A DNA stretch of 64,000 bases, from positions 203,234 to 267,233 of the forward strand of contig MQUF01000006.1 of NCBI GenBank assembly GCA_001914235.1. Direction: 5' to 3'. Made by a program: the position numbers and the translations under genes. Shown here in pieces: positions 50,598-60,450 of the stretch (within the stretch, counting starts at the first letter, position 1; each line of letters begins with the position of its first letter). The notes under the pieces were generated by a model, which did no database searches, had not been told where the DNA came from, and saw only the letters and a program-made list of their open reading frames with translations. This DNA comes from Desulfobulbaceae bacterium DB1. GTDB taxonomy: Bacteria > Desulfobacterota > Desulfobulbia > Desulfobulbales > SURF-16.

Positions 50598-51518
50598 CTA
50601 TTTTTCGGGGGGATTACCAGCCCACAACGACCGCAAATAATGGGATAATTCATTTAAATCAGATTCATTCAGGCGAATTGAATTGGAAACCTCAAAAGAT
50701 TCTGGAACCGCGTTGACTTGCTCAAGTGATACTCCTTTCTGTTTTTTGTAAAAATCACAAAAACCAGAAACTATCTCTTGGGTTTTTTTGCAAAAGACCT
50801 CATAGTTGATGTTAAAGACTGGCAGGTTTTTGCAATTTCCAATGTCACAATCCATGTTTTTTTCCAAATAGTAAATTTGTTCGCAAACCTGTTTGATTGG
50901 AGTACTGTTTTTTATCTGTTCGAATTCCTTTGGCTTAACAGAGAACCAATGACCGGTAGTGCCAAATACCCTTTCCCTCCCCAATAAAACTGATTGGGCG
51001 GTCAAGAGGTGGTTTCGGTGAACTCGAATAAGCACCATATCAGGGAAAGCCTTTCTGAGAGCCAAGATTCGCACACAATGTCCTTGCGATTTATTGATAA
51101 AAGGAGCGCCAAAGTAGGCTTCAACATGTGCTATTGTTCCTTGCATTTCTTTTAATTGCCAATCAGACAGATGGCCTTCGCTGACATAGCTTTGATCTGG
51201 TGGAAACCATCTGCACCATATGTGTCGGCCTTGGCTTGGAGCATTCCAGCCAAGCGTTTCACCATAATTGTTTTTCAAAGAATGCTTAGGAATGAACGGT
51301 TTCAATTTTGAAGCAATGAGTGAAACGAGACATGGATTCTCTGGAAATTTGTCAACCACATTACAAAAATATGAAAGTTTTAAGGCCCGAGTCAATACGA
51401 GATATATCAGTGTGGTGCCAGACCGAGGTGGTCCCACAATAAAAATAGGAGGATATTTAGGGCCATGGCTATTGACTATTTTTTTTTTTTCGTACTGATC
51501 CAGTAGAGTTAGTATCAT
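50598..51518 (-). CDS. Sulfotransferase family protein
   Basis: PAPS-binding loop FIVGPPRSGTTLIY, and a later R....S region (VHRNHLLTAQS). Confidence 0.75.
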   Translation of the reverse strand: MILTLLDQYEKKKIVNSHGPKYPPIFIVGPPRSGTTLIYLVLTRALKLSYFCNVVDKFPENPCLVSLIASKLKPFIPKHSLKNNYGETLGWNAPSQGRHIWCRWFPPDQSYVSEGHLSDWQLKEMQGTIAHVEAYFGAPFINKSQGHCVRILALRKAFPDMVLIRVHRNHLLTAQSVLLGRERVFGTTGHWFSVKPKEFEQIKNSTPIKQVCEQIYYLEKNMDCDIGNCKNLPVFNINYEVFCKKTQEIVSGFCDFYKKQKGVSLEQVNAVPESFEVSNSIRLNESDLNELSHYLRSLWAGNPPEK

Positions 51519-51542
51519 TTTCTTAAAGAATTTATAGTTTCT

Positions 51543-52377
51543 ACAGAGGTGGCACCGGTTATTAGAATAGGTTAGCGGCTAAAATAAGGTGGAAAGCCGT
51601 CATGTTTAAGCCGCCAATTTGATAACCTGGCCTTTGTAGCCGGGTCGGTCTTTTTGCCAATATGCCCTCATCCAGAGTTCTGTCGTCAAGGTCGGAATTA
51701 GGACGCCGTGTGTTATAAAAATTAATCCAGCGATTGAGGCCTTGTCGTACCTCGCTTCCGGTTTCAAAAGCATGGAGATAAATACATTCGTACTTCAGTG
51801 AGCGCCATAGCCTTTCGATCATAAAATTATCTATCCAGCGTCCTTTACCATCCATGGAGATGCGGATGTCCGCGTCTTTGAGCGCATCGGTAAAATCCTC
51901 GCTGGTAAACTGGTTGCCCTGATCGGTATTGAAAATTTCTGGTTTGCCATAGCGAGCCAGGGCCTCTTCAAGTGCGGCCACGCAGAAATCGGAGTCCATG
52001 GTGTGGGATAACCGCCAGGACAAAACTTTGCGACTGGACCAATTCATAATCGCTACCATATACAGAAAACCCAGCCGCATCGGGACATAGCTAATATCAA
52101 CACACCAGACCTGATTGGCCCTGTTGATCGTCATGCCGCGCAACAAGGTAAGGATAAATCTTGTGCAACGGATGTGGTTTCGGGGTGTTCGGCTTCTGGT
52201 AAATGGCCGAGAGACCCATCTGCCGCATCAGGGGCGTCCGATTCGTTTGCGATTCACCCCATAGCCCGACGACGCAGATGCCGGGACATCTGTCGGGCTC
52301 CGCACCAAAGCGTTTCGAGATACTGCTCGTCGATCAGGTGCATCAATTCCAAGTTCAGGGCAGTTTAGACGAACAGG
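51543..52377 (-). pseudogene. Decayed, 5'-truncated IS3-family copy (orfB remnant with frameshifts, no orfA)
   Basis: The intact part 51562..52146 (NQVWCVDISYVP...FNTDQGNQFTS...IERLWRSLKYE) is related to OrfB at 49172. Upstream, orfB-like sequence (LIDEQYLE..., MRQMGLSAIYQKPNTPKPHP) lies in two other frames. The end sequence AGAGGTGG (51545-51552) matches the intact copy's end. Confidence 0.8.
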
Positions 52378-53490
52378 CTATTCTTTGTTACGAGGAGGTG
52401 AAATTTCATAATTCAAAAAATCATTTGGATCTCCAGTTTTGCCGTCTTCTGCCGCCCTGACAATGTTGTAAGCTTCTCTCGCGGTTACATAATGTAGTCG
52501 GTATTCACCTTGAGAATATTTTTTTTCTAAATAGGAAAACATATCATCAACCACATCACTAAATATTGTTTTTCGGCTTTGGATGCCATGCGTATACACT
52601 TTCACGAATATCCATTCGGGGCGGCCTTTAACATGAATATTGGCATTAATCCAACTATCTATTTTTTTAGAATCAGGTGTGAGCCTTGATTCGACAGCCC
52701 CATAATCTTTTAAGGTGAGAGGGCCTTGGAAAATCATAAGGTCTCTCTTGTTTGAGCTACCAACCTGCACGTCAACTCCAGAATTGTATGATTTATTTTC
52801 ATCGTCCTCCTCAGCATAATATATGCTGTTTATTTTTGCCGGCTGCGATTTATTCCCAAAGCTCGGAAAGGTGAAATCTGCGTAACAGCCTGCCTTTTTG
52901 AGAATTTCCAGTTCTCTACTAACACCGCAATGTTCAATTTTTCCAGAATTGTCCAGTGCCCAATTCCCATGGATAAATCCAAAATTTACGCAGCCTTCAC
53001 GAGAGATCATAACGCCATAAGTGTTGAACCACTGCACAGCTTTTTCAAGTTTTTCGGGAAATGTTGCATTTGTGTCATTTCCATGATGCCAATGGAATTC
53101 AATTTCTCCGTAGTCCTCTCTGGTAAAGGAGCTTAAAGCGGCCATTATCGTATCATTTCGCTGATCATAGGCAAAAAACCACGTATGTTGTGGTTTTCTT
53201 CCGTAGCTATCGCTATGACGATCCGCTAGGCTTCGGTAATTTGCCAGCCAATTTTTATTTTTTTCTTCCCCATTTTCCCACCCCGGCTCATAATGATCTA
53301 CGAAAAGAAACAGTATATGTTTTACTCCAGACACCTGTTCAGGGCGTTCCAAGACCTGACGTATATAATCGGGGAGCCAGATATACATTTTCCATCGTAT
53401 GATTTTAAATACTGGAACTGCGATAAGCAAAAGTGCAACTAGTGTGAGTATGACAAATAAATATAATCTATTGTCTAGAGTTGTAGTCAT
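52378..53490 (-). CDS. Membrane-anchored hypothetical protein with His-rich motifs (possible carbohydrate-esterase-like)
   Basis: N-terminal TM segment, then HILFLFVDHYEP, EIEFHWHHG and FIHGNWALDN. No family was assigned with confidence. Confidence 0.5.
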   Translation of the reverse strand: MTTTLDNRLYLFVILTLVALLLIAVPVFKIIRWKMYIWLPDYIRQVLERPEQVSGVKHILFLFVDHYEPGWENGEEKNKNWLANYRSLADRHSDSYGRKPQHTWFFAYDQRNDTIMAALSSFTREDYGEIEFHWHHGNDTNATFPEKLEKAVQWFNTYGVMISREGCVNFGFIHGNWALDNSGKIEHCGVSRELEILKKAGCYADFTFPSFGNKSQPAKINSIYYAEEDDENKSYNSGVDVQVGSSNKRDLMIFQGPLTLKDYGAVESRLTPDSKKIDSWINANIHVKGRPEWIFVKVYTHGIQSRKTIFSDVVDDMFSYLEKKYSQGEYRLHYVTAREAYNIVRAAEDGKTGDPNDFLNYEISPPRNKE

Positions 53491-53648
53491 TTTATTCCCT
53501 TGATAGCTGCTTGTGCAGGCACTGATTCAGGATTATCTATAAATAACCATGGCCTTCTTGTTCAAGACGATCTTTTGCTGCAACTCCGTCACGGATTAAA
53601 GGAAGACTACCAACATAAGCAGCATGAAGATCAAAATTTGAAAAGGAC

Positions 53649-54218
53649 TTAAAAAATTTTTTTGGCTAATTTTGCAGGATTTCCTGCCATGAGAGAAAAA
53701 TCTTCTGTTCTCGACGTAACCACACTTCCTGCCGCAATGACATTTTGGAGACCTAAGTCAGCCATAATTATTGCCCCATTACCTATCCAGCAATTTTCCC
53801 CAATGCGGACTTTAATGAATTCCCCAGATTGTTCTTGAATAGGCACACCTATTTGCGCATAACCGTGTTGATGCTTCCCGCTTAGGATATTGACTCCGCT
53901 ACCAATGGTGACATGATTCTCAAGAACCGCCTTACCAAGAATACAGTAACTCCCTATGTAATAACCTAATCCCAGTTCAGCCTCCGATTGAGAAAAAAAA
54001 GTGCCGAACCCAATATATCCATGGGAGGAACAGCGTTTTAGAGTCTGACAATAATATGCCACACGAAGATAACTGCCTGCCTTGCCAGGAACCAGCGCCA
54101 ATAATTGAGCCTGGCCAGCAAATAGTGAAGACGATTGCGATAGTCGAAAAATCATGGCCAGCGGGAATGTGCAAATGAGAGCAAGGAGCTGTAATATTTT
54201 TTTCAATAACTCTTTCAC
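53649..54218 (-). CDS. Hexapeptide-repeat (LbH) O-acetyltransferase
   Basis: Left-handed-helix repeats: VTIGSGVNILSG and IGENCWIGNGAIIMADLGLQNVIAAGSVVT. Confidence 0.8.
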   Translation of the reverse strand: MKELLKKILQLLALICTFPLAMIFRLSQSSSLFAGQAQLLALVPGKAGSYLRVAYYCQTLKRCSSHGYIGFGTFFSQSEAELGLGYYIGSYCILGKAVLENHVTIGSGVNILSGKHQHGYAQIGVPIQEQSGEFIKVRIGENCWIGNGAIIMADLGLQNVIAAGSVVTSRTEDFSLMAGNPAKLAKKIF

Positions 54219-55348
54219 CCGTGGTCTCCTACCAGCTTATGGTAAAGATTTTGATAGGCCGCAACCATCGACTCTTTTGCAAAAAGCTCTTGGACAATCT
54301 TTCTGTTTAGTGCGGAAACCGACTCATGATTCATTCGTAGAGCTCCAAGAATGCCTCTAGCAAGCCCTTCGCTTGCACTATCAAGGGAAATTACAAATCC
54401 ATTGACTCCGCCTTGAACGGCCTCTCTCGCACCTCCAACATCTGTGACAACAACAGGCAGTCCGCATGCCAGATATTCAACTAACGCATTAGAAAAACTC
54501 TCCGAATGTGAAGCCAGGACACCCACATCCATATCCAAGAGAAGATCGGCAACATCCTCTCTCTTCCCAAGAAAGAAAACATATTTCGATAATGACAATT
54601 CGGAGGCCAACCGTTCAAGCCGTTTACGCTCTTGGCCCTCCCCGATAATTACGAAATAAACTGATGATATCTGGTCCGCAACTATTCTGGCTGCTCGCAG
54701 GAAAATTTCATGGCCCTTAACAGGCCTGAGGTTTGCCACGATGCAAACAAGTCGAGCACAATCTGGGGTATTATATTCCTTGCGGAGATTGACCTTCGCC
54801 TTACGGGACAAATCATAGTATTCTAACTCAATCCCATTCAGAATTACGGAAATTTTTTGCCCTGGAATTCCTTCTCGTTTCATAGCCCACTGCTTTGTGC
54901 TATGGGAATTCGCAATGAAATGGGTTGTCAAGCAATTCAAAAAACGAAGTTGAAGGAGTTCCAAAAGACCAATCCAATAACCCTGATTTCTTCTTGAGGA
55001 GATAACAGACTTTACACCAGCCAAACAACCAGCAACCACACCAATTTTGTTCGCATCCACGAAATAGGTCTGGACAATATCGATTCTTTCCTGCTTCAAA
55101 TATCGTACAAATTTGAGAAGTTGCATGACGGAACGGAAACATCTTAGTGCCCCAAATTCAAGATCAATTAGGGGGCAGTCTTTAAATGTTTCCTTGAGCC
55201 AAGGGGAAGATCGAAGGACACAAAGATATGGTAAAAATTTACGTCTATCCAAATTACGTATGAGCAGCAGCAACTGCTTCTCCGTCCCTGCTGTCGGTGA
55301 TTCAATTGTATCGATAACGAAGGCAATTTTAATCATACGTTGATCCAT
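54215..55348 (-). CDS. Glycosyltransferase family 4
   Basis: Motifs IAFVIDTIESPTAGTEKQLL, KGHEIFL.A and SHSESFSNALVEYLACGLPVVVTDVGGAREAV. Confidence 0.85.
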   Translation of the reverse strand: MDQRMIKIAFVIDTIESPTAGTEKQLLLLIRNLDRRKFLPYLCVLRSSPWLKETFKDCPLIDLEFGALRCFRSVMQLLKFVRYLKQERIDIVQTYFVDANKIGVVAGCLAGVKSVISSRRNQGYWIGLLELLQLRFLNCLTTHFIANSHSTKQWAMKREGIPGQKISVILNGIELEYYDLSRKAKVNLRKEYNTPDCARLVCIVANLRPVKGHEIFLRAARIVADQISSVYFVIIGEGQERKRLERLASELSLSKYVFFLGKREDVADLLLDMDVGVLASHSESFSNALVEYLACGLPVVVTDVGGAREAVQGGVNGFVISLDSASEGLARGILGALRMNHESVSALNRKIVQELFAKESMVAAYQNLYHKLVGDHG

Positions 55349-55363
55349 GGGTCTTGAGAAGTT

Positions 55364-56407
55364 TCATTCGAAATCTCTAAAAATAAATATTTCTTTTAAG
55401 AACCCCCACCCCAACGAAAAATGAATCCCAAAAAAAATCAACGGAAGAATAAATTTATATTGCCATCCGTTTCTCACGGAAATATCAGCGCTAAAATAAA
55501 GAATTAACCCAGCATAAAGTAAATACGGAAAAATAAACACGCCTGCTAAAACATTCGCAGTATCCGTTATAAAGACTCCCACGAAAACCATTATAATGGC
55601 AGCCAATCCAAGAACAAAAAATAAAGGCACAAGTTGGTTGAAAGTTAGCGCTTCAGGGTGCTTACGAACAAAACGCCTTCTCCCCTGCCCATAGCGGCAT
55701 AATTGCCGGAATAGAGCGCTTAAAGATTCCCGAGGATAATATTGCACGGCAAGGGATGGCGCCGTGTAGCAAGTCAAGCCCGCCTTTTCGACCCGGTAGT
55801 TAAACTCCACATCCTCACAGGCATCAAATGTTTCATCAACATAGCCAACTTTCTCAAAAACATTTCTTCGATAAGCCGCACCATTGCTGGTTGGGCTGAC
55901 AAAACCCTCATAATCACTGTATATGAATGAATCGCCACCGTGCCCTATTCGTGAAGCCCTGGCAAGCGCTACAGCTTTTTGAAAATCTGTGAGACCGGGA
56001 GGGTCCAGTGGTTGCGGCCTGCCGAGGCAGTCAGCCCCGGATTTTTCAAAACAATCCGCAATATTTCGAATTAACTGATTATTCGGCAGAAAACAATGCC
56101 CGTCAATGACCACAAAATATTCCCCGGAACCGGCTTTAAAGCCAATATTACGCCCTGCGCTTGATCGTTTCTTTGGATTTTCCAGCAATTTTATTTGCGA
56201 ATGTTCGCGGGCCATACGCTGGACAATTTCCCTGGTGGCATCTTGGGACATTCCATCAACTACAATGATTTCCAAACGGTCCGCTGGATACTCCTGGGTA
56301 AGAAGCTGCCGCAATGTTCCTTCGATAAAACGTGCCTCATTATACACAGGCATAACAACAGTAACGACAGGAAAATTTGCCTTATCCGGCAATGCAGTTT
56401 TTTTCAT
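55364..56407 (-). CDS. Glycosyltransferase family 2 with C-terminal TM segments
   Basis: Motifs VTVVMPVYNEARFI, IVVDGMSQDAT and DVEFNYR. Confidence 0.85.
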   Translation of the reverse strand: MKKTALPDKANFPVVTVVMPVYNEARFIEGTLRQLLTQEYPADRLEIIVVDGMSQDATREIVQRMAREHSQIKLLENPKKRSSAGRNIGFKAGSGEYFVVIDGHCFLPNNQLIRNIADCFEKSGADCLGRPQPLDPPGLTDFQKAVALARASRIGHGGDSFIYSDYEGFVSPTSNGAAYRRNVFEKVGYVDETFDACEDVEFNYRVEKAGLTCYTAPSLAVQYYPRESLSALFRQLCRYGQGRRRFVRKHPEALTFNQLVPLFFVLGLAAIIMVFVGVFITDTANVLAGVFIFPYLLYAGLILYFSADISVRNGWQYKFILPLIFFGIHFSLGWGFLKEIFIFRDFE

Positions 56408-57528
56408 ATGGACAACAAAGTTCGATAAATACCCTGGAGATTAATTGATTGTTCCCCAAAACTAAATTCAGCCCTGACCCGATTGTATCCGGCCTCACCC
56501 ATAACGCGCATTTTTTCCGGATCATCCAGACTTTTTGCAATGGCATTGGCCAGCAAATCAGAACGTTCTTTGTCCACCAAATATCCGTTTTCTCCGTCAA
56601 CAACAAGCTCTGGAACACCTCCTACACTGGTCGCCAGAACAGGTTTTGCCAAGGCAAACGATTCAAGTATGACATTGGGAAGCCCCTCTGTTAAAGAGGG
56701 CAGAACCATAAGATCCATGGCCAGAAAAAACTCCTGAATATTCCTCTGAAACCCAGGGAAGCGGCATTTACCGTAAACGCCAAGCTTTTTCGCCTGCTCA
56801 ATAAGGGCAGTATAACAGGGGCCATCACCGCAAAAAATAAAAACAGCCTCATTGCCTTCCTGATTCAATCTCGCCACGGCATCAACCAGGAAACGATGGC
56901 CTTTCTCTGGGCTCAGGCGGCCGGCCGCGACGACTATCTTCGCGTCAGAGGGAATATCGAACCGGGAATGTATTGCCTGTTTCGCAGCTTCAACCTGTGC
57001 ATCATCCCTCGGCGGGACAACAACAGCATTGTGCACAACCCAACTTCGTCTCCCATCTACTCCAAAAGAGGCAAGTTTCTGCCTTTGTCCTTCGGAAACC
57101 GATATAATACCGTCAACTCTTTTTAAAACCTGCCTGTCAAGCCATTCATAAAAGGCGACTTTTTTGTTTTCCGCAGTATAACCCCGCGAAAAGGCAAGAA
57201 CAGAGATTTTATTTTTCCGCCCGCAAAGCCACCCCATGACAGTCGCCTTATAACCGTGAACGCAGAGAATATCTATTTTATTTTTTTTGATAAAACTATC
57301 CAGTATGGATAAAGCCTTGAAGTCAATCGGACCAGCCATGGGGATGGCTTGAGTTGTAATGCCGACAACCGCAGCCTTTTCAAGAATTTCATTTTGTTCG
57401 CCTTCCATGAAAGAGGCGACAATGCCATAAAACTGTTCGGGATCCAAACGCTGAAGATGTTCAACTATTTGTTTCTCCGGTCCTCCATAAAAATTGGTGG
57501 CTATAAGGTGGCAAATCTTTATCGTCAT
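56404..57528 (-). CDS. Glycosyltransferase family 4
   Basis: ATG 57528 (MTIKICHLIATNFYGGPEKQ), with PSLTEGLPNVILESFALAKPVLATSVGGVPELV. Confidence 0.85.
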   Translation of the reverse strand: MTIKICHLIATNFYGGPEKQIVEHLQRLDPEQFYGIVASFMEGEQNEILEKAAVVGITTQAIPMAGPIDFKALSILDSFIKKNKIDILCVHGYKATVMGWLCGRKNKISVLAFSRGYTAENKKVAFYEWLDRQVLKRVDGIISVSEGQRQKLASFGVDGRRSWVVHNAVVVPPRDDAQVEAAKQAIHSRFDIPSDAKIVVAAGRLSPEKGHRFLVDAVARLNQEGNEAVFIFCGDGPCYTALIEQAKKLGVYGKCRFPGFQRNIQEFFLAMDLMVLPSLTEGLPNVILESFALAKPVLATSVGGVPELVVDGENGYLVDKERSDLLANAIAKSLDDPEKMRVMGEAGYNRVRAEFSFGEQSINLQGIYRTLLSI

Positions 57529-57548
57529 TGTAATTGTTCGAAAAATCA

Positions 57549-58739
57549 TTATGAGCGTGGCGTGCGGGCCCAATCATCCTTTTTAAACCCGATTAATCCA
57601 AGCATGGAAACAAACATCAGGTTAATAACCGTAACCGGGACTTGCATTAAGTAAAAAAATCTGCGCCAGGATAAACCAAACCGGTATATACCAACCACGA
57701 AATAGGCAATATACAAAAACGTTACAACAAGCGCGAAAATCAACAGAAAAGTTGAAAAATCTCCGGGTGCAAAAAAAACACATGCAATAGATACCAACAC
57801 TGCCGCGCATAGCCCCAAAAGAAGAAGAGGTTTACTCAAAACAAGGAAAGACCAACCCGCATCAGCTACGGCCATATTTCTGTTTTTTACCCCCTCCAGT
57901 ATCAGGTTGAAAGCTTCTTTTTTACCAAAACTCAGGTTGCCGCTGGCCCAACGGGTTCTCTGCACTTTGAGCTGTTCATGCGTTACCGGAAAAGGAGAAA
58001 TTACCCGAACTTTTTTTAAAAATTTTATTGCATAGTTCGCCTTGATCAGAGACAAGCTGTATTCAATATCTTCTACGATCGAATGAGCATCCCATGGATA
58101 CTTGCGCAAAACATCCGCCTTGATGGCCATTCCGGTTCCGCGAAGAATCACCGCCATGCCAAGCTGTGATTTAGGGGCATAAAATAATTCGTTCTCAATG
58201 AAATTCCCCACCGCGAGGGCATAACTCATCGGTGATTCATCAGGGTTTCCAACACAATAATTTATCTGTATAACCTCATCGCCTTGAGCTAAAACGACGG
58301 TAAGTTCCGCCAAAGTCCCCGCATCCAGCAGACAGTCCGCATCAACTACAAGTATTACATCAAAATCTTCCTGAAGAATACGGTCAAAAGCCCAAGCCAA
58401 GGCAAAGCCCTTTCCTTTATTGCTGTCATCAAATCTTTCAAAAACTGCAACGTCGTGTTTCCTCGCCATATCCGCAGTTTTATCCGTGCAATTATCGGCA
58501 ACGACAAAAATTTGATATTTATCAGCAGGGTATTCCAAGCCTTTACAAGAGGAAAGGGTTGCTGCAATGACATCCTCTTCATTATGCGCAGGAATGACAA
58601 TGGCAAATGTAATTTTTTTATTACCCTTTATCGTTTCATCCTTTGCCCGGGAAAAAGAGGCGAAAAGTAAAAACCAGTAATAGAGACAAACGACTGACAA
58701 CAAAAAAAGGATAATGATACAAAAGAGTTGCAGCAGCAT
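57549..58739 (-). CDS. Membrane glycosyltransferase family 2, processive-synthase-like
   Basis: Motifs FAIVIPAHNEEDVI, VVADNCTDKT, VVDADC and QRTRWASG (QxxRW), with TM segments at both ends. Confidence 0.85.
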   Translation of the reverse strand: MLLQLFCIIILFLLSVVCLYYWFLLFASFSRAKDETIKGNKKITFAIVIPAHNEEDVIAATLSSCKGLEYPADKYQIFVVADNCTDKTADMARKHDVAVFERFDDSNKGKGFALAWAFDRILQEDFDVILVVDADCLLDAGTLAELTVVLAQGDEVIQINYCVGNPDESPMSYALAVGNFIENELFYAPKSQLGMAVILRGTGMAIKADVLRKYPWDAHSIVEDIEYSLSLIKANYAIKFLKKVRVISPFPVTHEQLKVQRTRWASGNLSFGKKEAFNLILEGVKNRNMAVADAGWSFLVLSKPLLLLGLCAAVLVSIACVFFAPGDFSTFLLIFALVVTFLYIAYFVVGIYRFGLSWRRFFYLMQVPVTVINLMFVSMLGLIGFKKDDWARTPRS

Positions 58740-58757
58740 AGCTAATTAAGAAAATTC

Positions 58758-59615
58758 CTACTTATTTTGATTACTCTTATTTTCAAGCAGTGATTTGAAC
58801 CCTATTAATATCATCAACCCCAAAACAAAAACAAGCCACCCGGAAAAATCGTGAAGAAACCCCTGTGCCACTCCTTCGCCGAACCTGTGCGCAAGGGCCG
58901 CAGTACCCGTTAATCGGATGATATTAGCCAGTACAGCAATCGGTGCAGCAGCAAGAAAAAGAAGCCATTTTTTTATGACGGTTCCTTTTGCCATATAGGC
59001 AAGAACCGCACTCAGCGCGAACATAGTCACAAGTGACCGCAGCCCCGAGCAGGCATCAACTACTTCGAGAGTTGTTTGAGCGAGATGCAAAACATTCCCC
59101 TCACGGAAAATAGGGATTCCCAAGGCAAGGATCACCTTTTCAGTAATTGCGGATGCAAAGAGCTGCATCGGAAAGGCAAATTTGTTCCAGATAATAGCGG
59201 GAACAGGAATCATAAAAAAAAGATAGACAAGAGGAAACCAAATCTTTTTTGCAAATTCTTTCCCTGCCAAAAAAAGAGCTGCCCCAAAAAGGACAACAAT
59301 CATTGAAGTTCTTTGCAGGAAATATTCGGAACCTATTTTCGCAACAACAAGTTGCATGAGGCCGATGATTATCAGGACAAAGCCCCAATTTGTCGGGAGG
59401 ATACGCCCCTTCTTAAGTTCATCTCGCATTTCATAAATAAGATATGCGGATATAAACGGAATGAAATAACCGTGCGAGTAATTATCGTTAACCTCCCAGT
59501 CTGCTATCATTGTCAGGATAAAAGGATAGTAGAGGAAAGCAAACGCCGCAAAAAAAATAATTGCCTGCACACCCAATTTTCCGTGTGTTGCATTCATCTG
59601 AAAAGGCTTCGTCAT
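58758..59615 (-). CDS. Exosortase (EpsH/XrtA-like)
   Basis: Polytopic membrane protein with NDNYSHGYFIPFIS, VVDACSGLRSL and ANIIRLTG. Confidence 0.85.
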   Translation of the reverse strand: MTKPFQMNATHGKLGVQAIIFFAAFAFLYYPFILTMIADWEVNDNYSHGYFIPFISAYLIYEMRDELKKGRILPTNWGFVLIIIGLMQLVVAKIGSEYFLQRTSMIVVLFGAALFLAGKEFAKKIWFPLVYLFFMIPVPAIIWNKFAFPMQLFASAITEKVILALGIPIFREGNVLHLAQTTLEVVDACSGLRSLVTMFALSAVLAYMAKGTVIKKWLLFLAAAPIAVLANIIRLTGTAALAHRFGEGVAQGFLHDFSGWLVFVLGLMILIGFKSLLENKSNQNK

Positions 59616-60268
59616 ATTTCTTTCCCCGGCAGGTAATCCTGAAGTGTAACCATGACATCTTCCGCAAACTTTTTCACAAGCTCTTCAGTTTCCCGGATAT
59701 TCTCTTCCCTGGTCGGCGCCATGATACGAATAAACGAGCCATCCCGGCGCTGCTTGAAGAGGGCATCCAGAACTGTATAGATTTTATCCCAGTACTCGGA
59801 ATAAATTATTCTGCCTCGATTTTGAAACCAATACAACGTTATTTGCCGGTCAGCACCGTTCTGGATAATCATGGAATTTATGATGGATGATGGAGCGGAT
59901 TGAGGCTGCAACCGGACAGTTGAGAGCTCAGCAATTCCCCAGCCACCCCCAGGAAGGCAGTTGCGCGGTGAATGGTATCCGCCGGTTACGCCAATGGAAG
60001 AAAAGTAACTTACATATAAATTCACAACTGTTCCATTTCCAGAAGCATAATTGTACTCGATGTAATCGTTTACACCCAGCATATCGATTGTTGGCTGCGA
60101 CAGCGTCTTTGAACTGACAACCTTCCATTCTCCTATTTGCGTGGGGAACTGAGATAGAGGTTTTAGAATGGGAACATCTCTGACCGCTTGGCTAAGGTGT
60201 ATCGCCAGGTATGTAAGACCGAACAAGAGCAGTATGATAGTTAAGCGAAACGAAGGCTTTAATTGCAT
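59612..60268 (-). CDS. epsI: EpsI family exosortase-associated protein
   Basis: N-terminal TM segment, NLYVSYF....G..YHSPRNCLPGGGW. It overlaps the exosortase start by 4 nt. Confidence 0.8.
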   Translation of the reverse strand: MQLKPSFRLTIILLLFGLTYLAIHLSQAVRDVPILKPLSQFPTQIGEWKVVSSKTLSQPTIDMLGVNDYIEYNYASGNGTVVNLYVSYFSSIGVTGGYHSPRNCLPGGGWGIAELSTVRLQPQSAPSSIINSMIIQNGADRQITLYWFQNRGRIIYSEYWDKIYTVLDALFKQRRDGSFIRIMAPTREENIRETEELVKKFAEDVMVTLQDYLPGKEI

Positions 60269-60450
60269 GGTGATTTCCCAGCGACTCTTTTAATGTTCAT
60301 CCGGTTAATAATCAAGTATTCCAACATAATTCGCTCAAGCCGATGTTGAGCTTAAGGAACACAAAAAAAACGGGCTGTAGTTGCAATTATCTCTTTTATG
60401 CTCTCCTCTTCATTTTTTTGTTTTTCGTTAAACTTCCTCAACTGTGTCAA

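Noticed and set aside
53491-53648. A ~33-codon minus-strand frame ending …NFDLHAAYVGSLPLIRDGVAAKDRLEQEGHGYL just downstream of the acetyltransferase, looking like the C-terminus of a lost gene.
   Set aside because: It has no start codon and no recognisable family, and is too short to evaluate. It is noted only as a possible gene remnant.
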